A DNA stretch of 64,000 nucleotides from a bacterium (GTDB lineage Bacteria > Zhuqueibacterota > Zhuqueibacteria > Residuimicrobiales > Krinioviventaceae), in the NCBI GenBank assembly GCA_963675755.2, contig CAXXMD010000003.1, positions 1,408,001 through 1,472,000 of the forward strand, given 5' to 3'. The notes under the pieces were generated by a model that worked only from the letters and a program-made list of their open reading frames with translations, made no database searches and was not told where the DNA came from. Both the position numbers and the translations under genes were made by a program. Below are positions 38,450 through 47,456 of the stretch, piece after piece; the stretch's first letter is position 1; each line of letters starts with the position of its first letter.

Positions 38450-40117
38450 ATGACAAAACCTATTTTTCTTGTTATTTGCCTGCTTGTCTTATCGGTCAAT
38501 CTCTATGCAATAGATACTTTTCAATTAAAACAGATTTTACCTCGCAGTCAATGGAGCGAATATTCCCCGGACAAACCCCATCGTGCTGTAATCATGGACG
38601 ATGAAGGGAATACATTTGTAGCTAGTCAAAAATTAGGGCCCTTGCATATAATCCTTCAAAAATTAGATCCTGAGGGAAATCCTATATGGGCTGACCCCAA
38701 TTCAGGATTGGCATTGGTAGATACAATGATAGGATACGATGCTGCTTTTGCGCCCGCTTTAGCGAGCGATGGCCACGGAGGGCTATTTGTTTTTTATGCC
38801 TATGGAAAATCAAGCTATTATGAAGGAGAGTTTTATCATTCTTTTACAACATATTTACAACATTTAAATGAAAATGGCGTTAAAAGCTGGGGGAACCGTG
38901 GAATTTCAATACATGATTCCACCTATTCTTATGTTCGTGATATAGCACCTGATGGAAAGGGTGGTGTTTATTTAATGTATACAATTTCGAGTGATAATAG
39001 TTGTATTTACGGAGGAACATCATTACAACATGTTGATAATACAGGCACACTTTTATTTTCAAAACCAGGTAAAGTATTGATGCCATGCGATTCATCAAGT
39101 GTTACAAATTTGACTTCGGATGGATTAAATGGTTCTTATATATACAATAATGGAAGTTACCTTCAACAAATAGATATAAATGGGGAGTTTATTTTTCCAG
39201 AGCTTTTTATAGATATGGGGATTTATCTAAGGAGAAAATGGCTGTTTCCTGTTAATGATGGATTAATCTTTGTTGGAAATGAAAGTACAAGAAATCCACG
39301 GAAATTAAAAATTCAAAAAATAGATAAACAGGGTAATTTACTTTTAGGGGCCAATGGAGCAAGTTATACCTGGCCGGATTCGATAGATTTTTACCCTGTA
39401 ATCACTCTGAAAAATGACAGCAGCCTTTCTGTTTTTTCAGGAATCTATGGTCAGAATATATATTTTGATGATGAAATTCATTTTAACGCACCTAATAAAG
39501 TAATTCAATTTGATCAACTCCAGCCTTGGAACATCTTTGCTACTTATTCAAGGAAATTTGGAAATTTAATTCTTTATGTTGCAGAAGACTTTACAAAAGG
39601 ACGAGATATATTGAAATTACAAAAAATAGATGATAATGGCCAAATCCCGTGGGGCATTGATGGTGTTACAATATGCGAAACAAATGATTTTCTTCTTTTT
39701 ACACACTCTATCATTCAAATTAACGAAGATGCTGGAAAAGCAATAATTTTTTTAGAATTAGGTGAAGGAATTCATATAGCAACTGTCGATTTGGAAACAG
39801 GTACATGGATTGCTGAGCAGCAAGAGAATAACCATATCGTGCCCGTTACCTATAATATTTCCAGTTATCCTAATCCATTTACCAATTTAATTCAAATTGA
39901 CATCCAACCTTTTAAAACAACGAATGATATAAAATCCGTCAAGATTTTTAATATTCTCGGAAAGGAGGTCAAAGACATTACACCAAAACAAATTTCAACA
40001 CACACATTTTCATGGGATGGAACAGATGATTCCGGTCAGCGGGCGGCTGCCGGTATCTATTTTGTTCAAATTACCGCAAAACAAACATTCACTCAAAAGA
40101 TACTGAAACTGAAATAA
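38450..40117 (+). CDS. Secreted beta-propeller-like protein with FlgD/T9SS-like CTD (AT-rich gene)
   Basis: Signal peptide; repeats 'SDG.GG.......Q..D..G...WG..G'; CTD 'SYPNPF...IFNILG...WDGTDDSG...AAGIYFVQ...QKILKLK'. Confidence 0.82.
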   Translation: MTKPIFLVICLLVLSVNLYAIDTFQLKQILPRSQWSEYSPDKPHRAVIMDDEGNTFVASQKLGPLHIILQKLDPEGNPIWADPNSGLALVDTMIGYDAAFAPALASDGHGGLFVFYAYGKSSYYEGEFYHSFTTYLQHLNENGVKSWGNRGISIHDSTYSYVRDIAPDGKGGVYLMYTISSDNSCIYGGTSLQHVDNTGTLLFSKPGKVLMPCDSSSVTNLTSDGLNGSYIYNNGSYLQQIDINGEFIFPELFIDMGIYLRRKWLFPVNDGLIFVGNESTRNPRKLKIQKIDKQGNLLLGANGASYTWPDSIDFYPVITLKNDSSLSVFSGIYGQNIYFDDEIHFNAPNKVIQFDQLQPWNIFATYSRKFGNLILYVAEDFTKGRDILKLQKIDDNGQIPWGIDGVTICETNDFLLFTHSIIQINEDAGKAIIFLELGEGIHIATVDLETGTWIAEQQENNHIVPVTYNISSYPNPFTNLIQIDIQPFKTTNDIKSVKIFNILGKEVKDITPKQISTHTFSWDGTDDSGQRAAAGIYFVQITAKQTFTQKILKLK

Positions 40118-40182
40118 TTCTTATTAGAGGGATTATAAGGTTTAAAATATTATATTGCTTTTTTTATTACCAATCACAAATA

Positions 40183-40404
40183 TGATCACCGGGAGTATTT
40201 ATGCCTAGCGGAATGATACTACCGGACATGTATCCGGTTCTCCGGGACGAATGTCCCGATGTTAACTCCGCCCGGACCCTGAGTTCGAACGAGTCCGCTG
40301 TCTCTTAGCGGACGAGAGAGAGTATCGAAGGGCCGGAAGTAAAAACAATATGAATATGATCTCCAGGAATGAATTACACCCGACACTATAGTACCGGGTG
40401 ATCA
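40183..40404 (+). mobile_element. 222-bp MITE/REPIN-like element (family C), copy 2
   Basis: TGATCACCGGG...CCGGGTGATCA termini (10/11 inverted match); direct repeat of 37889..38110. Confidence 0.7.
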
Positions 40405-40414
40405 AAACTTTTGT

Positions 40415-40473
40415 TTGACTCTCTAACCACAAATGTGTATATTTACTTTAACGTTAACTTTAAGGTTAAAGTA
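40415..40473 (+). promoter_or_regulatory. Sigma-70 promoter of the lacI-type gene with an overlapping LacI-type operator (autoregulation)
   Basis: TTGACT-N17-TATATT (40415-40443); palindrome TTAACGTTAA (40448-40457) with central CG, plus TACTTTAAC...GTTAAAGTA. Confidence 0.65.
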
Positions 40474-40476
40474 TAA

Positions 40477-41475
40477 ATGCCCACAACTCAAAAAGACATT
40501 GCTGCAAAACTCAATGTATCCATTATGACGGTTTCCAAAGCGCTCAAAGGACACCCGGATATCAGCGCGAAAACGCGCAAACGGGTGGAAGACACAGCGC
40601 GCGAAATGAACTATACCGTCAATGTGGTGGCACGCAGTCTGGTGCAAAAACGCACCCATACCATTGGTGTGATTGTGCCGGATATATCAGAGTTGTATTA
40701 CGCGGAAATTGTCCGGGGCATAGAGATGGTATTCAGACAGCACCAATACAACATACTCTTGATTGACTCTGAAAACGATCCCGATATCGAGCTGGATGCC
40801 ATACAGACCCTGCTCGAAAAACGGGTCGACGGTTTGATCTTTGGTCCGACTGAAAAAACATCCCGTTACATCGATTTATTAAAAACCGTTTCCATTCCCT
40901 ATATCCTGATTAATAATACACCCAAAGCATTACATTGTGATTCTATCAGCATTGACCGCAGACACGGTTCCATGCTTTCTGTATCTCATCTCCTCTCAAG
41001 TGGATATGAGGATATCTATTTTCTTTACACATTCAAGCATCTTGAACAATCCCAGCACAGTATCAACGGTTGTTATGATGCTTTTGACCAATTCAACCTC
41101 CCCCGGGAAGCATTAAAACTGGTATACTGTGAAAATCGAGACCTTGAAACCTTTTACAACAAAACCTTGGAATCGGTACAATATAACAATAAAAAAACCG
41201 GCGTTTATGCCTGGGACGATGAAATGGCTGTGGGCGTGTATCGCGCGCTTGTGGAAAAAGGCTTTTCCATTCCGGACCAGGTGGGTCTGGTAGGATTTGA
41301 CGATATTCGGATCTCAAAATACCTGCCCAAATCCTTAACCACCATCTTTTGTCCCAAATTCGAAATGGGAAAAAAATGCGCAGAACGCCTGCTGCAGCAG
41401 CTTTTATCAGAGCAGCCCTTAGAAACTGAAAAGATAATGATGGCTTTAAAATTGATTAAAAGAGAAACAACCTGA
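40477..41475 (+). CDS. LacI-family transcriptional regulator
   Basis: HTH 'TQKDIAAKLNVSIMTVSKAL', 'NYTVNVVARSL', 'VGFDDI..LTTI'. Confidence 0.95.
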   Translation: MPTTQKDIAAKLNVSIMTVSKALKGHPDISAKTRKRVEDTAREMNYTVNVVARSLVQKRTHTIGVIVPDISELYYAEIVRGIEMVFRQHQYNILLIDSENDPDIELDAIQTLLEKRVDGLIFGPTEKTSRYIDLLKTVSIPYILINNTPKALHCDSISIDRRHGSMLSVSHLLSSGYEDIYFLYTFKHLEQSQHSINGCYDAFDQFNLPREALKLVYCENRDLETFYNKTLESVQYNNKKTGVYAWDDEMAVGVYRALVEKGFSIPDQVGLVGFDDIRISKYLPKSLTTIFCPKFEMGKKCAERLLQQLLSEQPLETEKIMMALKLIKRETT

Positions 41476-41581
41476 TCTTTTACATTTGGCAGCGTTTTTG
41501 TCCTGACAATAAATCTTGTGGGGAACAATCAAAACACGAGTTTTGTTATTTGATAATAATCCCAACAAACAGGACAAACGC

Positions 41582-42124
41582 ATGACACATGACCAGGAAC
41601 TTGAAACCCTGAAATACCCCATCGGCCAGTTTGAATATACGGATACAGATTCCGACAATTCCATTCAAACCTGGATTCAGGAAATTGAAATGCTGCCCAA
41701 CCGGCTGCAACACATTGTGAGTGATCTGTCGGAAAACCAACTGGACACTCCATACCGACCGGAGGGTTGGATGGTCAGACAGGTTGTTCATCATCTGAGC
41801 GACAGCCACATGAACGGCTATATACGGTTCAAATGGACCCTGACAGAAAATGAAACAACCATCAAACCGTATGAGCAAAAATCATGGTCAGAAACTGCTG
41901 AAAACATTGGCTTTCCCATCAGTGAAGAACTGGCGCTGTTGAGCCTGCTTCACCAAAAATGGGTGGTGCTATTAAAAGAACTGACACCCGATGATTTTCA
42001 ACGTAAATTCATGCACCCGGAATCGGGCTGGTATGAATTAAAAAAAGCCCTTGCTTTGTATGCCTGGCATGGTAACCACCATCTGGCCCAGATTGAAGCA
42101 TTAATACAACGCAAGGGATGGTAA
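41582..42124 (+). CDS. bstA: YfiT/BstA-family bacillithiol S-transferase (DinB superfamily)
   Basis: 'LKYPIGQF', 'QLDTPYRPEGW.VRQVVHHLSDSH.N.Y.RFK..LTE', 'LYAWHGNHHLAQI'. Start taken as ATG 41582. Confidence 0.88.
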   Translation: MTHDQELETLKYPIGQFEYTDTDSDNSIQTWIQEIEMLPNRLQHIVSDLSENQLDTPYRPEGWMVRQVVHHLSDSHMNGYIRFKWTLTENETTIKPYEQKSWSETAENIGFPISEELALLSLLHQKWVVLLKELTPDDFQRKFMHPESGWYELKKALALYAWHGNHHLAQIEALIQRKGW

Positions 42125-42221
42125 AACACTTGGCAACACATCTTTTGTTTACATAGCGTGGTTACGTTCCGCCACGATATAGAAAGCATTCAAACCTATT
42201 CCATTCACAAAGGAAAACGCT

Positions 42222-44939
42222 ATGAAGAAATTTGTCCTGTTATTCGTTTTTTTGTTCTTTATGAATTTATCTGCCGCAGAGTATTTCACCATGCCACCCA
42301 ATGACCGTCAACGGGTCAACATTGACAAAAACTGGGGCTTTTTCAGGGGAGACATTAACGGCGAGGAAGAAACCCACCAGGTCAACAAACGCCCCTGGAT
42401 TGGTGTGGACCTTCCCCATGAAATGAGTATAACCGGTGAATACTCGCCGGAAAACAATACTACCCAAGCTTTTCAGCCCATGGAGATTGGCTGGTACCGC
42501 AAAGCGTTGATGCTGCCCGAATATTATGAACACAAAAAAATCTATGTGGTTTTTGACGGTGTTTACCGCGAGAGCGATGTCTGGCTCAACTATGCGCATA
42601 TTGGTCACCATCAATCCGGTTACACCAGCTTTGCCTATGATATAACAGATTATGTCCGTACCGGCAATCGCACCCCCAACAGCCTGCGCGTACGTGTAGA
42701 CGCCCGTCGCCACGAACAGGATACCTATGAAGGCAGCGGTATATATCGCCATGTATGGATCGTTTCCACAAACAAACTCCATATCGACAATTGGGGTACT
42801 TTTGTATACGCCACAGATATTTCAGAGAAACAATCCACCATCAACATTAAAGCTAAAGTCTTGAATGACTATCCGGAATCCAAACGATTCAAGCTGGTTA
42901 CCCAAATTGTAGATAATAAAGGTATAATCGTTGGAACTGTCAGCACCGATTGTTCTATGACTGCCGGGGAGGTAAAAGAGTATGAACAAACGGTGCGGGT
43001 TGAAAACTGTAACCTGTGGGATGTTGACAATCCCTATCAGTATAAAGCATACACCATGATCCAGACTGCAGACGAAACCCTTGATGTATATGAAACCCCG
43101 TTCGGTATTCGGAACATTGAATTTACCAACAATAATGGATTTTTCATCAACGGTCGTCACGAAAAATTGCAGGGCTTTTGCGCCCATTACGACTTTGCGG
43201 GACTTGGTAACGCCCTGCCGGACCGCATCCACTTTAACCTGATGGCCATTATGAAACAAGCCGGATTCAACTTTTACCGGTCCAGTCACAATCCCGCCAC
43301 CCCCGAACGACTGGATGTTAGCGATGAAATGGGGATCATGGTTTGGGACGAAATTGAACGCAAACTTGAAAGTCCCGAAATTGAACTGCCACTGGTCAAA
43401 GCAACCATTACGCGCGACCGTAACCATCCTTCAGTCATTGTCTGGTCATTAGAGAATGAATCTCCGCTTGAAAGCACGCATTATGGCGCCAATATCATCA
43501 AAGTGGGTACCGACCTTGCCAACCAACTTGATCCCACACGCGAAACCACTTTTGCTGCATCAATGCCGGTGAACATGCGTAATTATGGAGAAAACGCAGG
43601 TGTTGCCAGTTACAATTACCATGTGGAACGCGCAGACCAGGACCATATTGCATTTCCGCACTGGAAGATTGGATTGATCAGCGAGTATTCCGCGGTTCGT
43701 GCCATGCGTGGTGTTTATGGCACCGAGTATGTTCCAAACGAAACAGACAGTTATTTTAAATTCTATACCGAAGAGATCAAAGACATGTATGACATGTGCG
43801 CCAGCATTGAAAATTACTGGTTGCGCATCGAGTCCCGCGATTACCTGGGCGGTGGATGCGTCTGGAGCGGATACGATGCACGTGGTGAAGGTTTTGAATA
43901 CCCCTTTATCTCGCGCGGAGACGGTGTGCTGGACATGTGTTTCGAGCCCAAAGACCACTATTACTTTTTCAAATCCCGTTATACCGAGGAACCCATGGTC
44001 CACGTCATGCCGCACTGGAACTGGCAGAAAAAAGGACAAATTGTGGATGTATGGGGTTATTCCAATTGTGATCAGGTGGAACTTGTATTGAACGGAAAAT
44101 CCCTGGGAACTCGCGGCAAACCCAAAGCGATGAAAAAATGGAACCCGGGTGAAAAACAGGACATACCCGCAGCGCACAGGCAATGGAGTGTTCCCTATGA
44201 ACCGGGCACACTGATTGCCATTGGCAAAAACAACGGCAAAGAAGTTTGTCGTCAAGTTGTTAAAACGGCTGGCGAACCCGCCAAAATCCAGTTAACACGT
44301 TCTATGGAAGCCTTTCTGCCGGCTAATGAGATCCCCGCGTTGATTGCGGATGGCAGAGATGTAGTGGTTGTGAGAGCAGCAATTACAGACAAAGACGGCA
44401 ATGTGGTTCCTTATGCCGGTAACGATGTTCAGTTTTTTGTAGAAGGAGATGAAGAGATTATAGCCGTAGGTAGTGGAGACATAACCACGCTAGAGCCCAA
44501 TCATTCAACCCATCGCAAAGCCTGTAACGGTTATTGTGTTGCCATCATCCAATCCACCACAACAGCGGGTCAATTCAAAGTCCGTGCTGCTTCAGCGGGA
44601 CTCGAATCCGGTGAGGTTACAGTCACTTCGGTTGCACCCCAGGCCCACAGTATAGAACTGGTCCCCAAACCCTGTCACATACTTCCGGATGCCAGCACAG
44701 ATGTAACTGTTAAAATTTTAGACAAATTTGGTGATCAGATATCAACGGCATCAAATTCAGTGGAAATTAATATACTGGGCAATGCCCGTTTTGAAAACGG
44801 CAAAACCAATATGAAAATCAACACCCAAAACGGAGCCGCAACAATTAAAATTAAAGCCGGTTCACAACCGGGCGAAATCACCCTGCAAGCAAGCGCCAAA
44901 GACCTCATTCCCACACAAGTAAGACTCTTTATAGACTAG
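42222..44939 (+). CDS. Secreted GH2 beta-galactosidase-like glycoside hydrolase with C-terminal Ig domains
   Basis: Signal peptide; 'GWYRK', 'GYTSF', 'SGIYRHVW', 'RSSHNP', 'RDRNHPSVIVWSLENE', 'ISEY', 'MPHWNW'. Confidence 0.92.
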   Translation: MKKFVLLFVFLFFMNLSAAEYFTMPPNDRQRVNIDKNWGFFRGDINGEEETHQVNKRPWIGVDLPHEMSITGEYSPENNTTQAFQPMEIGWYRKALMLPEYYEHKKIYVVFDGVYRESDVWLNYAHIGHHQSGYTSFAYDITDYVRTGNRTPNSLRVRVDARRHEQDTYEGSGIYRHVWIVSTNKLHIDNWGTFVYATDISEKQSTINIKAKVLNDYPESKRFKLVTQIVDNKGIIVGTVSTDCSMTAGEVKEYEQTVRVENCNLWDVDNPYQYKAYTMIQTADETLDVYETPFGIRNIEFTNNNGFFINGRHEKLQGFCAHYDFAGLGNALPDRIHFNLMAIMKQAGFNFYRSSHNPATPERLDVSDEMGIMVWDEIERKLESPEIELPLVKATITRDRNHPSVIVWSLENESPLESTHYGANIIKVGTDLANQLDPTRETTFAASMPVNMRNYGENAGVASYNYHVERADQDHIAFPHWKIGLISEYSAVRAMRGVYGTEYVPNETDSYFKFYTEEIKDMYDMCASIENYWLRIESRDYLGGGCVWSGYDARGEGFEYPFISRGDGVLDMCFEPKDHYYFFKSRYTEEPMVHVMPHWNWQKKGQIVDVWGYSNCDQVELVLNGKSLGTRGKPKAMKKWNPGEKQDIPAAHRQWSVPYEPGTLIAIGKNNGKEVCRQVVKTAGEPAKIQLTRSMEAFLPANEIPALIADGRDVVVVRAAITDKDGNVVPYAGNDVQFFVEGDEEIIAVGSGDITTLEPNHSTHRKACNGYCVAIIQSTTTAGQFKVRAASAGLESGEVTVTSVAPQAHSIELVPKPCHILPDASTDVTVKILDKFGDQISTASNSVEINILGNARFENGKTNMKINTQNGAATIKIKAGSQPGEITLQASAKDLIPTQVRLFID

Positions 44940-44950
44940 TTTCCCATTCA

Positions 44951-44979
44951 AGCCCTGCAAAGTTTTTTGCAGGGCTTTT
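44951..44979 (+). terminator. Intrinsic terminator
   Basis: AGCCCTGCAA...TTGCAGGGCT followed by TTT. Confidence 0.8.
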
Positions 44980-44989
44980 AAAATTTTAT

Positions 44990-45038
44990 GCAAACGTTTG
45001 CCTTTTTTCTTGAATATTGTCTTTTTTGGTTGTATAAT
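44990..45038 (+). promoter_or_regulatory. nagB promoter with upstream LacI-type operator
   Basis: Perfect palindrome GCAAACGTTTGC (44990-45001) just upstream of TTGAAT-N17-TATAAT (45010-45038). Confidence 0.65.
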
Positions 45039-45105
45039 TTAATAACGAATATATTATTCGTTTGTAAAACATCCGTTAAAATTCCATCAGGAAAGGTAAG
45101 GCTCT

Positions 45106-45852
45106 ATGTTACTTGTTATTAAAGAAAATTATAAAGAAATGTGTATAGAGGGGGCAAGAGAAATTGCAAATATAGTAAGAAGAAAACCGGACTGTGTTCT
45201 GGGTTTTGCGACAGGCAGTACCCCCCTGGGCCTTTACAAGGAACTGATCCGGATGTATAATGAAGAAGGCCTAGACTTTTCCAAAGTCGTTACCTTTAAT
45301 CTTGATGAATATGTGGGCCTGCCTCCATCACATAACCAGAGTTACCATTATTTCATGTGGGAAAACCTCTTTAAACATATCAATGTGGACCCCCGTTATG
45401 TGCACATTCCCATGGGTATGGCAGAAGATATTGATGTGTTTTGCGAATGGTATGAAAAAAAGATAAATGAATTTGGCGGTATTGATCTGCAAATCCTTGG
45501 TATTGGTGCCAACGGACATATTGCTTTTAACGAGCCGGGCTCGTCACTGGGTTCCCGTACGCGTATCAAAACCCTGAGTGATAAAACAATCCAGGATAAC
45601 GCACGCTTTTTCGAAAACAAGGAAGAAGTTCCCAAATACGCCATTACCATGGGTGTAGGTACCATCATGGAAGCCAAAGAATTGTTATTGCTTGCAAGCG
45701 GAGAAGGCAAAGCAGACGCAATACACGCCACTGCTGAAGGCCCCATTATGGCAAAATACCCCGCCACAATCGTTCAATTACACCAGTACGCCACCGTTTT
45801 GATTGATAAGGCAGCTGCTTCAAAACTGGAAGGCGATTATTCAGGATTTTAA
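45106..45852 (+). CDS. nagB: Glucosamine-6-phosphate deaminase
   Basis: 'LGFATGSTP', 'TFNLDEY', 'GGIDLQILGIGANGHIAFNEPGS', 'AITMGVGTI'. Confidence 0.96.
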   Translation: MLLVIKENYKEMCIEGAREIANIVRRKPDCVLGFATGSTPLGLYKELIRMYNEEGLDFSKVVTFNLDEYVGLPPSHNQSYHYFMWENLFKHINVDPRYVHIPMGMAEDIDVFCEWYEKKINEFGGIDLQILGIGANGHIAFNEPGSSLGSRTRIKTLSDKTIQDNARFFENKEEVPKYAITMGVGTIMEAKELLLLASGEGKADAIHATAEGPIMAKYPATIVQLHQYATVLIDKAAASKLEGDYSGF

Positions 45853-45876
45853 GCGTTTATAGTGCCCCAATATAAA

Positions 45877-45920
45877 CCCGGCATCCGTCGGTTGACAGAT
45901 GCCGGGCATTTTCTTTCTTT
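45877..45920 (+). terminator. Intrinsic terminator after nagB
   Basis: CCCGGCATC...GATGCCGGG stem with a T-rich tail. Confidence 0.75.
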
Positions 45921-46131
45921 AGCATCCCTGCTTTTCTCTTTACCCAAGAGACAAACATCCCTAAGTATCTTTTCATTATCAGAACGCTTGTTCAGGCAAT
46001 CATATATTGCGATTAATCTGAGCGCAGGTGCTTTACATAACATTTTTTAAAAAAATGATTGTTATTCATATAATTTTTTTTTATACTAAAAAAACAACTT
46101 TTATTCCAAAATTGACATTCAAGGGGATGTA

Positions 46132-47325
46132 ATGAAGAAAAAAACGTTTTTCCCGCTCTTATTCCTGTTATTGTTTTACACCACATCTTTTGCTTATATT
46201 TATCAAGGTAATTGGCGCTTTTACCAGGATGACGCTACAGAAAGCGCAGCAACTGCCATCGCCGCTGAAAACACATCCATTACCGTTGCACCCGGTCAGG
46301 TTATACGTTTGCGGGTAGAGTTGTATAATGATGATGGAGATGATTATTGGAATGACAACTTTGATCTGCGATACAGCACTTCAAACGATCCGTCATCCGG
46401 GACCTGGAACACGTTGAGCAGTTCGGAAGCTTTTGATTTTTATGATTCCTCCTTTCTGACAAACAATGCTACAGTCTCTGCTAATTTACTGACCACAACC
46501 AGCGGATTCACACATGCTACCGGTGGAATTGTCAAAGAGGACAATCCAAAGTTTATACAATCATTTTTAATAGCCGAGTCATTTGAAAATGTGTTCAGTA
46601 TTCAGGCAACTTCTAATGCGGTGGATGCTACAACCTATTACTTTGCGGTTCATATGGCCAACGACCCTCTTATGGGAGGATACGCAACAATACCTTCTGT
46701 CACGTATGATGCCTCTCTGCCGGTGAGTCTGGCATCCTTTACCGCGCAGCAAAAGAAAAATACTGTACTACTGAATTGGCGGACTGCCAGCGAAGTAGAC
46801 CACCAGGGCTTTATTGTTGAACGTAAGGTGAACGGTTCATCCTGGATGCAGATTACATCCTATGTAACAAACACCGATTTACTTGCACGTGGTGATGTGA
46901 GCAGCGGCGCCGATTACGAATTTACAGATACCGATGTCCGTTCAGGAGATAAACTGAGTTACCGACTGCTCGATGTGGATGTAAACGGAGTAACAACTAT
47001 AAATAAACCTGTTTCCATCACCATTGAAGATTCGGTTGTACCGGAAAAAACCGCATTACTGCCGGCATATCCCAATCCCTTTAATCCCGATACCCGCTTC
47101 CAATACCAATTAAAAGACGAAACCCATGTAGACCTGTACATTGCCGATCTGTTGGGTCGCACGGTCCGCACTCTGGTATCCAACTCCCGCCAGGAAGCCG
47201 GACTATATAATCTCCAGTGGAACGGAGTTGACGACCTGGGTACCCCGCAATCCAGCGGAATATACTTAATCGTTCTGCAAGCCGGTAATCAAACCCAAAT
47301 TCAAAAAATAACGCTATTAAAATAA
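46132..47325 (+). CDS. Secreted protein with Ig-like linker and FlgD/T9SS-like CTD
   Basis: Signal peptide; 'SLPVSLASFTA...LNWRTASE...GFIVER'; 'AYPNPFNP...DLLGR.VRTL...WNG...SGIYLI...QKITLLK'. Confidence 0.85.
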   Translation: MKKKTFFPLLFLLLFYTTSFAYIYQGNWRFYQDDATESAATAIAAENTSITVAPGQVIRLRVELYNDDGDDYWNDNFDLRYSTSNDPSSGTWNTLSSSEAFDFYDSSFLTNNATVSANLLTTTSGFTHATGGIVKEDNPKFIQSFLIAESFENVFSIQATSNAVDATTYYFAVHMANDPLMGGYATIPSVTYDASLPVSLASFTAQQKKNTVLLNWRTASEVDHQGFIVERKVNGSSWMQITSYVTNTDLLARGDVSSGADYEFTDTDVRSGDKLSYRLLDVDVNGVTTINKPVSITIEDSVVPEKTALLPAYPNPFNPDTRFQYQLKDETHVDLYIADLLGRTVRTLVSNSRQEAGLYNLQWNGVDDLGTPQSSGIYLIVLQAGNQTQIQKITLLK

Positions 47326-47333
47326 AAACTCTG

Positions 47334-47364
47334 GCCCGACACGGATGACGTGCCGGGCTTTTTT
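47334..47364 (+). terminator. Intrinsic terminator
   Basis: GCCCGACACG...CGTGCCGGGC followed by TTTTTT. Confidence 0.8.
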
Positions 47365-47456
47365 CTGTCCGATCTTGAATGAATCACATTCCAACCGCAT
47401 TGCAAATGCAAAGCATTTGTAAAATTCAGAATAAATGCTAAATTCATCTTTATTGT

